Below, piece after piece: positions 25,417-34,369 of a DNA stretch of 55,163 nucleotides. The DNA lies in assembly GCA_945917475.1 (NCBI GenBank), contig CAMEHL010000001.1:1-55163 (forward strand), given 5' to 3'. Positions within the stretch are counted from its first letter, which is position 1, and every line of letters starts with the position of its first letter. The position numbers were made by a program, and so were the translations under genes. This stretch comes from an uncultured Clostridia bacterium. Its GTDB lineage: Bacteria > Bacillota > Clostridia > Christensenellales > Borkfalkiaceae. The notes beneath the pieces are model-generated. The model saw only the letters and a program-made list of their open reading frames with translations. It was not told where the DNA came from and made no database searches.

Positions 25417-27015
25417 TTAAATGATATTGACCGAAACGTTGGTTTTCCAGTCGTTAAAAACGGGTATTTCTCCGCTCTCTTCTTTTCCCGTTTCTATATT
25501 CAGTATCTTTTCCTTTAATTCGGGTATTTCTTTTATATTGCCCTTTAGGTAATCTTTAAGCACTTTTCTCAAATGTTCTACCCGCAGTATCAAACCGCCG
25601 AGTCTTATATCCTGAATTTCAAACCCGAAGGGCTTGTTGTCACCCCCCCACGCGGTCTTAAAATCCGAATAGAATTTCTTTATTTTTTCGATAACGGCGG
25701 AATATTCCTTCACCAAACCTTTCAAGGTTTTCTTGTCCTTTTCCGAATACGCCTTTCTCGTCTTTACTCCGAGTTCGTATTTCACGGATAAAACTTCGCA
25801 AAGCGAAGACAGACAATTAAAAATATACGCGAACTTGCTTTCCCTTGCATACTCGGACAATTTGCGGGCGTATTGCCTATAAATTTCGTTTTCCCCGCCC
25901 TTTACTATATAATCGAATATCCCCGTAAAAAGGTCGTTATAGAGCATTAACTTGGAAGGTCCGTAATTCGTTCTTTTAATATTTATTTCGTTGGGCAAAT
26001 CCAAAGCCATAAACGCGTCGAAAGATTCGCCCGTAATTTCCTTAAACTTCTCTTTATAATCTTTTTCGTTAAAAAGGTCTTTGGCAATTTGCGACGCGAT
26101 AAATAGAGAAGGCAATACCGAAAAAACCGAACATTCCGCACCGTTTCCGCCCCACGCCGTTACCAAAACTTCGTCTATCCCGCATTCCTTTGAAGCTTCT
26201 ATACCCGCCCGTATTTCGTCTACGGAAAACGCGTTGTTGGGTGCAAAACCCCTTGACGTGTAGGCAGAACAAGCATAAACTACTTTTCTATCGAAAATCT
26301 TATGACCGAGAAGTAAATTTTTATAAAACTCCTTATCCGTGTGATAATAGTCCCAGCAAATCAGCCCGAGATTTTCCGGAATTTCCATATCGGACACAAG
26401 TGCGTCTAAAGACGAATAAGATTCGCCGCCTTTTGCCTTGTTAAAATACATATCCGACCACATCATGGGCGAAAAACCGTATTTTACGGCTATTTTATTT
26501 ACTTCGGTCAAGTGCCTTTTAAGCACTTCGAGCCTGTCCGTATACCCGTTTTTGTCGAGATAATACCCCCTTCCCGCAAAATGGGCTTCGTCCATACCGA
26601 TATTTATCCTTCTCGAAGTAAAGCACTCCGACACCGTTTTGAAAATATTATCTATCAGTCGATATGTTCTTTCGTTTCCCACAAGTAAAGTATCCGATAT
26701 ATCGTTTATCTCGGAATATTCCTTCCACCTGAAAATCTGATTTAAGTGAGCCAAGGTCTGAACGCACGGAAGGAGTTCCAAACCCAAAGATACGGCGTAT
26801 CTATCCAAATCCTTTAAATCTTCTTTGGAATATCTGCCCCGCATATATCCGAACATGGGTTCGTTATCGACTTCAAAAACGTCTTCAAAATATAGGGATA
26901 TATAGTCGTATCCCATATCGCGGACGATTTTCATAAAATATTTGATTCTGTCGACACGCATAACTGCGTTTCTCGAGCAATCTATCATAACACCGAGTTT
27001 TTTTACAGAAGACAT
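25417..27015 (-). CDS. GH20-like beta-N-acetylhexosaminidase family protein, cytoplasmic; divergent paralog of 11519..13114
   Basis: GVMIDCSRNAVM, LLPCVQTLAHL, NIGMDEAHFAG. About half of the first ~90 aligned residues are identical to the high-GC copy (hand count 47 of 92). Confidence 0.9.
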   Translation of the reverse strand: MSSVKKLGVMIDCSRNAVMRVDRIKYFMKIVRDMGYDYISLYFEDVFEVDNEPMFGYMRGRYSKEDLKDLDRYAVSLGLELLPCVQTLAHLNQIFRWKEYSEINDISDTLLVGNERTYRLIDNIFKTVSECFTSRRINIGMDEAHFAGRGYYLDKNGYTDRLEVLKRHLTEVNKIAVKYGFSPMMWSDMYFNKAKGGESYSSLDALVSDMEIPENLGLICWDYYHTDKEFYKNLLLGHKIFDRKVVYACSAYTSRGFAPNNAFSVDEIRAGIEASKECGIDEVLVTAWGGNGAECSVFSVLPSLFIASQIAKDLFNEKDYKEKFKEITGESFDAFMALDLPNEINIKRTNYGPSKLMLYNDLFTGIFDYIVKGGENEIYRQYARKLSEYARESKFAYIFNCLSSLCEVLSVKYELGVKTRKAYSEKDKKTLKGLVKEYSAVIEKIKKFYSDFKTAWGGDNKPFGFEIQDIRLGGLILRVEHLRKVLKDYLKGNIKEIPELKEKILNIETGKEESGEIPVFNDWKTNVSVNII

Positions 27016-27050
27016 TTTATTCCCTGCTTTTTTCCATTAAAAATAAGCGT

Positions 27051-27851
27051 TTATAAATCAAGCCCTTCCGCCACGAACTCGGGCAAAACTATTTCGACTT
27101 TTTTGCGGTTCTGTAATAACGTTGCGGGGATTTGCGCCTGCGGTTTATCGCGAAGAACGTGTTTCAATATCCCGTTTTGCCAAATTCTGTTTATCGCTAT
27201 ATATATCTTTCTCGACTGTAAAATTTGTTTCATACCTATCGTAATGCAATATTCGGGCATACCCCTTAAATCGCCTTTCTGATAGCCGAAAGCGTTTATC
27301 GTTCTCGTTTCTCTCGTGATTTTCAAAACTCTCGTTCCGAGATTTCCAAACTCTTCCGCGGTTATCGGGTCGTCTTCTTCCGCCGCCTCGTTAAAGGCGA
27401 TATGACCGTTTATGCCAAGTCCACCCAAGCACAAATCGACTCCGCCTAATTCTTCGATTAAAGCGTCGTATTCCTTTTCCTTACCCGGCTCGGGGAAATT
27501 ACGGTGAGATTCGTCCATAACCAAATCTTTTCTCACTCTCGAATAAAACTCGTCGTTCATTCTCTTGTGAAAACTCATTTTATCGTTAAAATCGAGATAG
27601 GTGTCCGGCGTTACGAGATATTCGTCCATATTAAAGAACCAAACGTTTTTAAGCGAAACGTTCAGATGATTGACCATTTGTGCCAAAATGGGATACTGAT
27701 CGGTAGGCCCTACGGGAACTATCATAACGGTTTTTTTGTTCTCCGCATTGTTCTTTACTATTTCGTCAAGCATCGTAAGTGCCATATCAAAATAGACGTC
27801 CCACTCCGTTTTGACCTTTCTCGTCTTAATTCCGTTTATCGTTTTATCCAT
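27051..27851 (-). CDS. nagB: Glucosamine/galactosamine-6-phosphate deaminase/isomerase (NagB family)
   Basis: FFNMDEY and GGLGINGHIAFNEA match the NagB motifs TFNMDEY and GGVGNDGHIAFNEP. 266 aa. Confidence 0.85.
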   Translation of the reverse strand: MDKTINGIKTRKVKTEWDVYFDMALTMLDEIVKNNAENKKTVMIVPVGPTDQYPILAQMVNHLNVSLKNVWFFNMDEYLVTPDTYLDFNDKMSFHKRMNDEFYSRVRKDLVMDESHRNFPEPGKEKEYDALIEELGGVDLCLGGLGINGHIAFNEAAEEDDPITAEEFGNLGTRVLKITRETRTINAFGYQKGDLRGMPEYCITIGMKQILQSRKIYIAINRIWQNGILKHVLRDKPQAQIPATLLQNRKKVEIVLPEFVAEGLDL

Positions 27852-27862
27852 ACAAAATCTCC

Positions 27863-29029
27863 TTACTTTACTATATTTCCTTTTTTTATAACCGTTTTTA
27901 TATTGAATTTATCGTCGTAAACGCATAAATCCGCAATGCAATTTTTCGCAACCCTTCCCAAGTCCTTTCTCCGTATAACCTTTGCGGGGTTTACCGTTGC
28001 GGTCTTAAACGCGTCGCAAACGGAATATCCGCATTGCATTAAATTCAACACCATTTCCCTTATCGGCGTTATACTTCCCGCATATCTCGTTCCGTCGGCA
28101 AGTACCGCCACGCCGTCGCTGACCTTAAATAACTGTGCGTCGGCATCGTCTTTCGACCCCAAGCGATACAGTCTTCCGTCGTTCGGCATACCCGCACAAC
28201 GCAGAGAGTCGGACACAACGCACACCTTGTCGATACCTTTGAGTTTTATTATCATTTTTGCCAACTCGGAAGTTATGTGCTTTTTATCGAAAATAATTTC
28301 CGCAGTCAACCTGTCGTCGCATAAGCCGTATTCCCGCAGTCCCACGTTCCTTTTCCCGTCCTTGAAACGCACTTCGCTCATAGCGCAATACGCGTGGGTT
28401 AAATGAGATAATCCGTTTTCTATCGCGGGAATAAACTCGGGGAAAATTCCGTCGTCGTGTCCACCGCAGACAACTATACCATTTTCTACCAAATCCTTGG
28501 TCATTATCTCCGCTTTCGGCAATTCCGGCGAAATGGTTACGGTTTTTATAATATCCGAATTTTCCAAAATAAAACCGTAGTCGTCTTTATCCGGACTTAA
28601 CAGATATTCTTCTTTTTGCGCGCCCTTGTTCTTTACGGAAAGATACGGACCTTCAAGGTGAACGCCAACGGGTTCGGCATACTCCGTTTTGCCCGAAGTA
28701 TAAAGCCTATACGATTGCAAAAAATTCTTTATCGATTTAACGGGCGCGGTAACGGTAGTCGCAAGCACGGAAGTAGTCCCGTTTTGCAAATGGAATTTTA
28801 ACGCGTTATCAAAAGACTGTTTTTCGCAATCCATAAAATCCCCGCCGAATCCGCCGTGCGTGTGGATATCTATCAATCCCGCGGACACCAAACTGTTTTG
28901 GGCATCAAAATCTCCCTTCAACCCCTTTTCGGTATTGATGTCCACGATTATTCCGTTATCCGTCACGATATTGCAACTTTGGGAAATCTCTTCTTCTTTA
29001 ATAACCCTGCAATTAGTCAGCGTAAACAT
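27863..29029 (-). CDS. nagA: N-acetylglucosamine (or N-acetylgalactosamine)-6-phosphate deacetylase
   Basis: GLIDIHTHGGFGGDFMD, VHLEGPYLS and HAYCAM are NagA/AgaA amidohydrolase motifs. Confidence 0.9.
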   Translation of the reverse strand: MFTLTNCRVIKEEEISQSCNIVTDNGIIVDINTEKGLKGDFDAQNSLVSAGLIDIHTHGGFGGDFMDCEKQSFDNALKFHLQNGTTSVLATTVTAPVKSIKNFLQSYRLYTSGKTEYAEPVGVHLEGPYLSVKNKGAQKEEYLLSPDKDDYGFILENSDIIKTVTISPELPKAEIMTKDLVENGIVVCGGHDDGIFPEFIPAIENGLSHLTHAYCAMSEVRFKDGKRNVGLREYGLCDDRLTAEIIFDKKHITSELAKMIIKLKGIDKVCVVSDSLRCAGMPNDGRLYRLGSKDDADAQLFKVSDGVAVLADGTRYAGSITPIREMVLNLMQCGYSVCDAFKTATVNPAKVIRRKDLGRVAKNCIADLCVYDDKFNIKTVIKKGNIVK

Positions 29030-29924
29030 TTTTCGCTATAAATTCCTCAACGATTTTTTCGTTTAACTCAAAATTTCTTACACCCAAATTCATACATTTA
29101 TACGCCGATACGGCACTCGCGTATTTGCAACTCTCGGCAACTCCCTTTCCGTTTAGATAGTAATGCAAAAACGCGCCGTGAAAGGTATCTCCCGCGCCGT
29201 TGGTGTCTACGGCACCTACCTTAAAGCCGTGATATTTTTCTATCCTGCTCTCTTCGGTCAAACAATAACCGCCGTTTGAACCGTCTGTTACGACAATCAC
29301 CTTGCAGTTATATTTTAACTTAAAATATCCGATTGCGTCAATAATATTCTCTTTTCCCGAAAATTTAAGTGCAAATTCGGCGGAAGGAATCAAAAAATCA
29401 ACTAACGGGAGCAACTTTTCTATCCCTTCGTATAAACCGCCCGCGTCTAAACTCACAGAAACTTTTTTCGACCTTGCGTATTCCGCACCGTAAATCGCGC
29501 ACTGCATAAAATTGCCGTCGAGATGTAAAACGTCAGCGGTGTCGATAGCCTTTAAGTTTACCCCCGAAACGGAATCGGGAACGTTGCCCCTGTCGTATAT
29601 ACAAGTTCTGGTTTTCGAGTCTTTCGCTAAAATAATATACGACCTGAAAGCGTCCGTTCCTTTTACTATTTTGACGTTTTCTGTTTTGACCCCGTATTTT
29701 TCATAGTCGGAAAGTAAAATCCGACCGTCCCCGTCAGACGCGAAATTGCCTATGATTTCCGCTCCCGTTCCGAGTTTGCTTAAAACAACGAGAGCGTTGC
29801 CGACGGGTCCCCCGCCGACAAGGTTTATGCCTTCCGCACCGACTTTTTTATCTTCAACGGGATATTTACCGCATGAAATCAAAGTGTCTAATACGCTTGC
29901 CCCGATTCCTACGACCTTTTTCAT
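29013..29924 (-). CDS. PfkB-family sugar(-phosphate) kinase (tagatose-6-P kinase / IolC / KdgK-like)
   Basis: DTNGAGDTFHGAF PfkB signature. Start MKKVVGIGAS at 29924 forms an ATGA overlap with the aldolase stop. Confidence 0.85.
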   Translation of the reverse strand: MKKVVGIGASVLDTLISCGKYPVEDKKVGAEGINLVGGGPVGNALVVLSKLGTGAEIIGNFASDGDGRILLSDYEKYGVKTENVKIVKGTDAFRSYIILAKDSKTRTCIYDRGNVPDSVSGVNLKAIDTADVLHLDGNFMQCAIYGAEYARSKKVSVSLDAGGLYEGIEKLLPLVDFLIPSAEFALKFSGKENIIDAIGYFKLKYNCKVIVVTDGSNGGYCLTEESRIEKYHGFKVGAVDTNGAGDTFHGAFLHYYLNGKGVAESCKYASAVSAYKCMNLGVRNFELNEKIVEEFIAKNVYAD

Positions 29925-30748
29925 ACTCTGTTTTCCGAACCTAATAATTTTATCTTGGAAATGCAAAACTGTTTAACCGATTCGATGGGTTTTGCCATTA
30001 TCAAATCTATACCGACCTTGTTTTTGTCTTCTTCCATTAAGGGATCGAGAAAGGCATAGCATAAATCCGTTCCGAAATTTACCTTTCTTATTCCCGCTTC
30101 AATCGCTTGTTTTATCTGTGCGTCGGGGACTCCGCTTCCGCCGTGGAGTACGAGCGGAATTTTAACCTCTTCTTTTATTTCCCTTATTCTCTCGATTGCG
30201 AGTTTCGGGGCTTGTTTATATCTCCCGTGAGCAGTGCCGACGGCAACCGCAAGGCAGGCTACCCCCGTTCCGTCTACGAACTTTTTCGCATCGGCAACGG
30301 TAGTGTAATCCGTGGGAACGCCGTCGCAAGCCTTTCCGATAAAACCGAGTTCCCCTTCTACGCCGATATTTGCGCCGTCTAATAATGTAACGACCTTTCT
30401 CGTGTTCTCGATATTTTCTTCAAGCGGAAGTTTGGAAAAGTCCACCATAATTCCCGTTGCGCCGTTTTTTAACGCTATCGTAGCGGGGATAAATCCCGCG
30501 CCGTGGTCCAAATGTAAGCAAACGGGAATTTTCGTCTTTAACGCAACGTCTGTAACGATGGGCGAAATAAAATCCCCGAATCCCGTAGACGCAAGTCTTG
30601 AATAATATTGCATAATTACGGGAGAACCCGCTTCTTCGCACGCCTTGATAACTCCCATAACCGTTTCCATATTATAAACGTTAAACGCGGGAACGGCATA
30701 TCCCTTTTCGTCGGCATCTCTTAAAATCTCTCTTAAATCTACTAACAT
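29921..30748 (-). CDS. Class II (FBA_II family) ketose-bisphosphate aldolase (tagatose-bisphosphate aldolase / IolJ-like)
   Basis: GYAVPAFNVYNMETV, LHLDHG, LVLHGGSG. Confidence 0.9.
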   Translation of the reverse strand: MLVDLREILRDADEKGYAVPAFNVYNMETVMGVIKACEEAGSPVIMQYYSRLASTGFGDFISPIVTDVALKTKIPVCLHLDHGAGFIPATIALKNGATGIMVDFSKLPLEENIENTRKVVTLLDGANIGVEGELGFIGKACDGVPTDYTTVADAKKFVDGTGVACLAVAVGTAHGRYKQAPKLAIERIREIKEEVKIPLVLHGGSGVPDAQIKQAIEAGIRKVNFGTDLCYAFLDPLMEEDKNKVGIDLIMAKPIESVKQFCISKIKLLGSENRV

Positions 30749-30759
30749 ATTTTTCTCCT

Positions 30760-31911
30760 TTATAAAGTACAGAGTATTCCGTAATCGGAATACCCGAATA
30801 TTTTTGCATCTTTATCTTTATTTATCGCGATAACCGTCGTTGAATTTTCAATTCCGACGATATGCTGAATTTCTCCGCTTATTCCGAAAGCGACGTAGAC
30901 TGCGGGAGAAATAATTTTTCCCGTTAAACCGACCTGTTTTTCATAGTCGATTAAACCTTCGTCTACAACCTTTCTTGACGCAACGATTTCCGCGCCGTAT
31001 TTCTTTGCAAGTTTTTCTATATCTTCTATCCTGTCTTTTGCCCCGTATCCTATGCCGAAAACCACTTTGCCGACAGAGTCTTCCTTTTCCCTTACGGTTG
31101 CCATAGCGAATTTTCCTTCGATACTTATCTCGGCAATAACGTTTTCGCAATTAGCGGGCCTTAAAAACCGAAGTTCGTTTAAGTCTCTTTTTATGCCTAT
31201 ACAATCGGCACAAAGCCCGCAATCGAGTTCGACGGCTATTCTCGGTGCTATCGCCCTGTTTTGCAATCCCGCCGAAAACAAAATATATTTTATTCCCGCG
31301 TCCTTTATCCTTATTGCCGTTTCCCTAACAGTCGTAAAAGGTATTCTCACAACTTCTTCGGCAACTTCGTCGGCAATTTTCAAGCCTTCTCCCACGACGA
31401 CGACCCTATCGATTTTGCCGTCGCTAAAGGACGATAATTTTTCTTCCGCTTCCTTTTTTTCGGATAGCGACTTCTTTATAATCCCGTCTAAATCGTCATA
31501 TCCGATAAATTTGCATTTCCTTTCTTTTTTGCTCTTTTCTAAAACGCTTATAACCTTCGTAAACGAACCTTTTATAACGCATTTACTTTCATCTAAACGC
31601 AATTTTTCGTTAGTCCAGATTTCGACTTCCTTCTTCTTTGAAAAAATGTTCGCAAATCTCAACTGTTTTATTCCGTCCAAACTGATAAGGGCGGGTGTGG
31701 TCAAGTCAAAATCCCCGAATCTCGTTTTCGCTTTATCAAAAGAAAAATCCAGCGTATACGGATAGAAATTATAGCCGAGTATAGTGGATATTTGCGCGGG
31801 AACTTGCGCCGTATCCCCGTTTATACTCTGCCTTCCGCATAGAATTATATCCGGCTTGATTTTTTCTATCGCGGAAGATAAAATCTTTGCCGTTACAAGC
31901 GTGTCGCTCCC
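30760..31911 (-). CDS. EtfB C-terminal part fused in frame to an EtfA-like (FAD-binding) domain
   Basis: The track ORF (TTG at 31704) is open upstream to 31911: GSDTLVTAKILSSAIEKIKPDIILCGRQSINGDTAQVPAQISTILGY... (EtfB-like). This runs with no stop into ...PAVYVAFGISGEIQHIVGIENSTTVIAINKDKDAKIF (EtfA FAD domain). Confidence 0.75.
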   Translation of the reverse strand, partial: GSDTLVTAKILSSAIEKIKPDIILCGRQSINGDTAQVPAQISTILGYNFYPYTLDFSFDKAKTRFGDFDLTTPALISLDGIKQLRFANIFSKKKEVEIWTNEKLRLDESKCVIKGSFTKVISVLEKSKKERKCKFIGYDDLDGIIKKSLSEKKEAEEKLSSFSDGKIDRVVVVGEGLKIADEVAEEVVRIPFTTVRETAIRIKDAGIKYILFSAGLQNRAIAPRIAVELDCGLCADCIGIKRDLNELRFLRPANCENVIAEISIEGKFAMATVREKEDSVGKVVFGIGYGAKDRIEDIEKLAKKYGAEIVASRKVVDEGLIDYEKQVGLTGKIISPAVYVAFGISGEIQHIVGIENSTTVIAINKDKDAKIFGYSDYGILCTL

Positions 31912-32114
31912 TTATAGCAATCGTCCGATATAAGTATTGCCCGAACGTTTCCGAGTCTTGTGAAATATTCTAAATTTTCCTTTATTTCCTTTGGACCCAT
32001 GCTTATAAGGAAAATTTCGGCGTTTTCGACACCTAACGCCATTTCGATACACGTTTTATCGAAAGGACTTATTTCCCCCTTATAGAACTTTATCGCGACC
32101 GCAACTTTAAGCAT
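31893..32114 (-). CDS. EtfB N-terminal fragment, out of frame with the continuation
   Basis: MLKVAVAIKFYKGEISPFDK...VRAILISDDCYKG then ATRL*. The expected continuation SDTL... is in the -1 frame. The shift site is the C3 run at 31909-31911. Confidence 0.7.
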   Translation of the reverse strand: MLKVAVAIKFYKGEISPFDKTCIEMALGVENAEIFLISMGPKEIKENLEYFTRLGNVRAILISDDCYKGATRL

Positions 32115-33564
32115 TATATATTTCCTCTAATGCCTTTTGTATCTTTTTATATCTCTCGAATATCTTTTCGTATTTTTCTGTATTTTCGCAATTCGGAGTC
32201 GTTTCGGAAACTATTTCGGAACATGTTTTTATTGCGTCCGAATAGTCTTTAAATATTCCGCTCGCAATACCCGCGCACATCGCCGAACCGAAAGAACTGT
32301 CGTTGTTTTCCGTCGTAACGAGTTTGATATTCAACGCGTCGGAAACGATTTGTCTCCACTCTTTACTCGTCGAACCACCGCCGATAGCAAAAGCCGTTTG
32401 CATTTTCACGCCGTTCTTTATTAGGTGCTTTTTGCAGTCGATTAAAGACATCGCCACGCCTTCCATAATCGCCCTTGCGAAATGCCCTTTCGTGCAAGTT
32501 CCCGAAATTCCCACGAAACTACCCCGCAGTTTGGGATTGCCGTAAGGCGTTAATTCGCCGTTTAAGTAGGGGTGATAAATAAGCCCGTCGCACCCAATGG
32601 GAACTTTACGGACCAACTCGTCGAATTCCGAATAATTTCCGCCGAAAGTATCTCTGAACCAATGCAAAGACGACGCGCACGCTTTCGTTGCCGTCCCCGG
32701 ATAAAAAAGCCCGTCTATCAAGTGCGAATAGTTGATTATGTGTTTATCTGCAACGGTTTTATCGTCGACAACGCAAATTCTTCCCGCGGTGGCGAGTTTG
32801 ATAGTCGTTTGCCCTTTTTCTATCGCGCCGGCGGCAAAAACTTCCATCGCGGTATCCGTAGAACCGCAAATCACCTTGGTATTATACGATAAACCGAGTT
32901 TATCCGCAATCTCTTTTTTTACGTTTCCTACTATCGTCAGCGGGGAAACGATTTTCGGAAGACAGTCTTCGTTTATTCCGAGAATATCTAAATATCTTTT
33001 TTCCCACTTGTATTCGTCGAAGGGAAAAAACATAGAGCCTTCCGCTTCTATTTTGTCCGTAACGAAATCGTCGGAAAAACTGTGGCGGACGAAATCCTTT
33101 GCGAAGGTTATTTTTTTAACCCTTGCCCATATATCGGGTTCGTTCTCTTTTATCCACAGCAATTCCGGAAGCGTCCATATTGTATCTACGGTGTGCTTGA
33201 ATTTTTTGAAAATATCATCGCTGAAATCTCTCTTTAATCTTTTCACCTGTTCGATACTTCTCGTATCCGTCCAGTAAACCGAGTTCCTTACAGTGTTGAA
33301 ATTTTCGTCCATTAACACCGCCGTATGCGTTGCGGCATCAAAACAAATGCACTTAATATCTTCCTTGTTTATGCCCTGTATTAAATTTTTTATATTTTTA
33401 CACGAAGTGTAAACCCAGTCGTTCGGGTCTTGTTCGACCTTACCGCCGTCGCCGTAAATCGTTTTATATTCGCTTTTGGATTTGGCTATAACCTTGCCTT
33501 CGCCGGATAACAGCGTGGCTTTACTCGACCCACCGCCGAAATCAACGCCTATAACGTATTCCAT
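32107..33564 (-). CDS. FGGY-family carbohydrate kinase (xylulokinase-like)
   Basis: VIGVDFGGGSSKATL, ...YWTDTRS..., ...GSTDTAMEVFAAG..., ...AIGGGSTSKEWRQIVSDAL.... 485 aa. Confidence 0.9.
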   Translation of the reverse strand: MEYVIGVDFGGGSSKATLLSGEGKVIAKSKSEYKTIYGDGGKVEQDPNDWVYTSCKNIKNLIQGINKEDIKCICFDAATHTAVLMDENFNTVRNSVYWTDTRSIEQVKRLKRDFSDDIFKKFKHTVDTIWTLPELLWIKENEPDIWARVKKITFAKDFVRHSFSDDFVTDKIEAEGSMFFPFDEYKWEKRYLDILGINEDCLPKIVSPLTIVGNVKKEIADKLGLSYNTKVICGSTDTAMEVFAAGAIEKGQTTIKLATAGRICVVDDKTVADKHIINYSHLIDGLFYPGTATKACASSLHWFRDTFGGNYSEFDELVRKVPIGCDGLIYHPYLNGELTPYGNPKLRGSFVGISGTCTKGHFARAIMEGVAMSLIDCKKHLIKNGVKMQTAFAIGGGSTSKEWRQIVSDALNIKLVTTENNDSSFGSAMCAGIASGIFKDYSDAIKTCSEIVSETTPNCENTEKYEKIFERYKKIQKALEEIYNA

Positions 33565-33567
33565 AAC

Positions 33568-34359
33568 TTACTTATTCATCCACATATGGTCTTCGTCCGT
33601 CGTGCTGAAAAGTCCCCTGTTTTTACCCGCCATAATCCACAAGCAGTAATTTTTGTAGTTCGGAGCAACGGAGAAGGGGTGATAGCCCTTGGGAATTTCC
33701 ACGAAATCGCCGTTTTCGACCTTATACGCCTCGTTTATGCTTCCGTCTTTAGTATATACCATCTGAACTCCGAAACCCTGCGGTTTGTCGAATTCATAGT
33801 AGTATATTTCGTCAAGCGCGCCTTCGACGGGAAGATTGTCTATATCGTGCTTGTGCGGGGGATAACTGCCCCACTTGCCGTCTTCCACCCAAAATTCACC
33901 TATATACAAATGGTTTGCATTGACCGTTTCGGGGAAGGTGAACGCAACTTCACGGATACAAGCACCTTTTCCGAAAGTCTTTACGACGACATCTTCCGCT
34001 TTGATACGGAAGGGTTCGTAATATTTTTCCGCGGGGGCTTTCGCAACGCAGATTTTAACGTCGCCGTTAAGTCCCGTAACCGTGAAAGGCTTATTCCTTC
34101 CTATATATACGGATTCCGCCGCCCCGTCAAACACGGTTTTACGGCTTCCCACACAGTCGAACTTAAAACCTTCGCCACTAACAGAACATTTCCCGTATAG
34201 AACTATCAACACGAATTCCTTATTCTCTTCGTCGATAGTGTAACTTTGCCCGTCGGCAAGTTTAAGGATATCCGCTTCGGCATAAATTAAAGGACTGTTC
34301 CTGTCTGTAACAATCCTTTCATAGCCGTATTTTTCCGCATAACTCTTTTTTAAATTCAT
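33568..34359 (-). CDS. iolB: 5-deoxy-glucuronate isomerase (KduI/IolB family, IolB-like)
   Basis: GKWGSYPPHKHDIDNLPVEGALDEIYYYEF...GFGVQMVYT...IPKGYHP...LWIMAG closely parallels B. subtilis IolB as I recall it (GNWSSYPPHKHDQDNLPEE...ETYYHEL...GFVFQRVYT...VPAGYHP...LNVMAG). Confidence 0.85.
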   Translation of the reverse strand: MNLKKSYAEKYGYERIVTDRNSPLIYAEADILKLADGQSYTIDEENKEFVLIVLYGKCSVSGEGFKFDCVGSRKTVFDGAAESVYIGRNKPFTVTGLNGDVKICVAKAPAEKYYEPFRIKAEDVVVKTFGKGACIREVAFTFPETVNANHLYIGEFWVEDGKWGSYPPHKHDIDNLPVEGALDEIYYYEFDKPQGFGVQMVYTKDGSINEAYKVENGDFVEIPKGYHPFSVAPNYKNYCLWIMAGKNRGLFSTTDEDHMWMNK

Positions 34360-34369
34360 AATACAACTC

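Noticed and set aside
11519-27015. Recent segmental duplication of the GH20-like gene
   Set aside because: There is only about 50% amino-acid identity, with very different GC and codon usage. No nucleotide-level repeat exists, so these are ancient paralogues or xenologues.
31052-31765. 237-aa plus-strand ORF and similar long antisense ORFs in the low-GC locus (33586..34200, 41615..42316, 43793..44518, 32732..33277)
   Set aside because: Each is antisense to a gene with clear family motifs. They show Ser/Phe/Ile-rich compositional bias and have no RBS.
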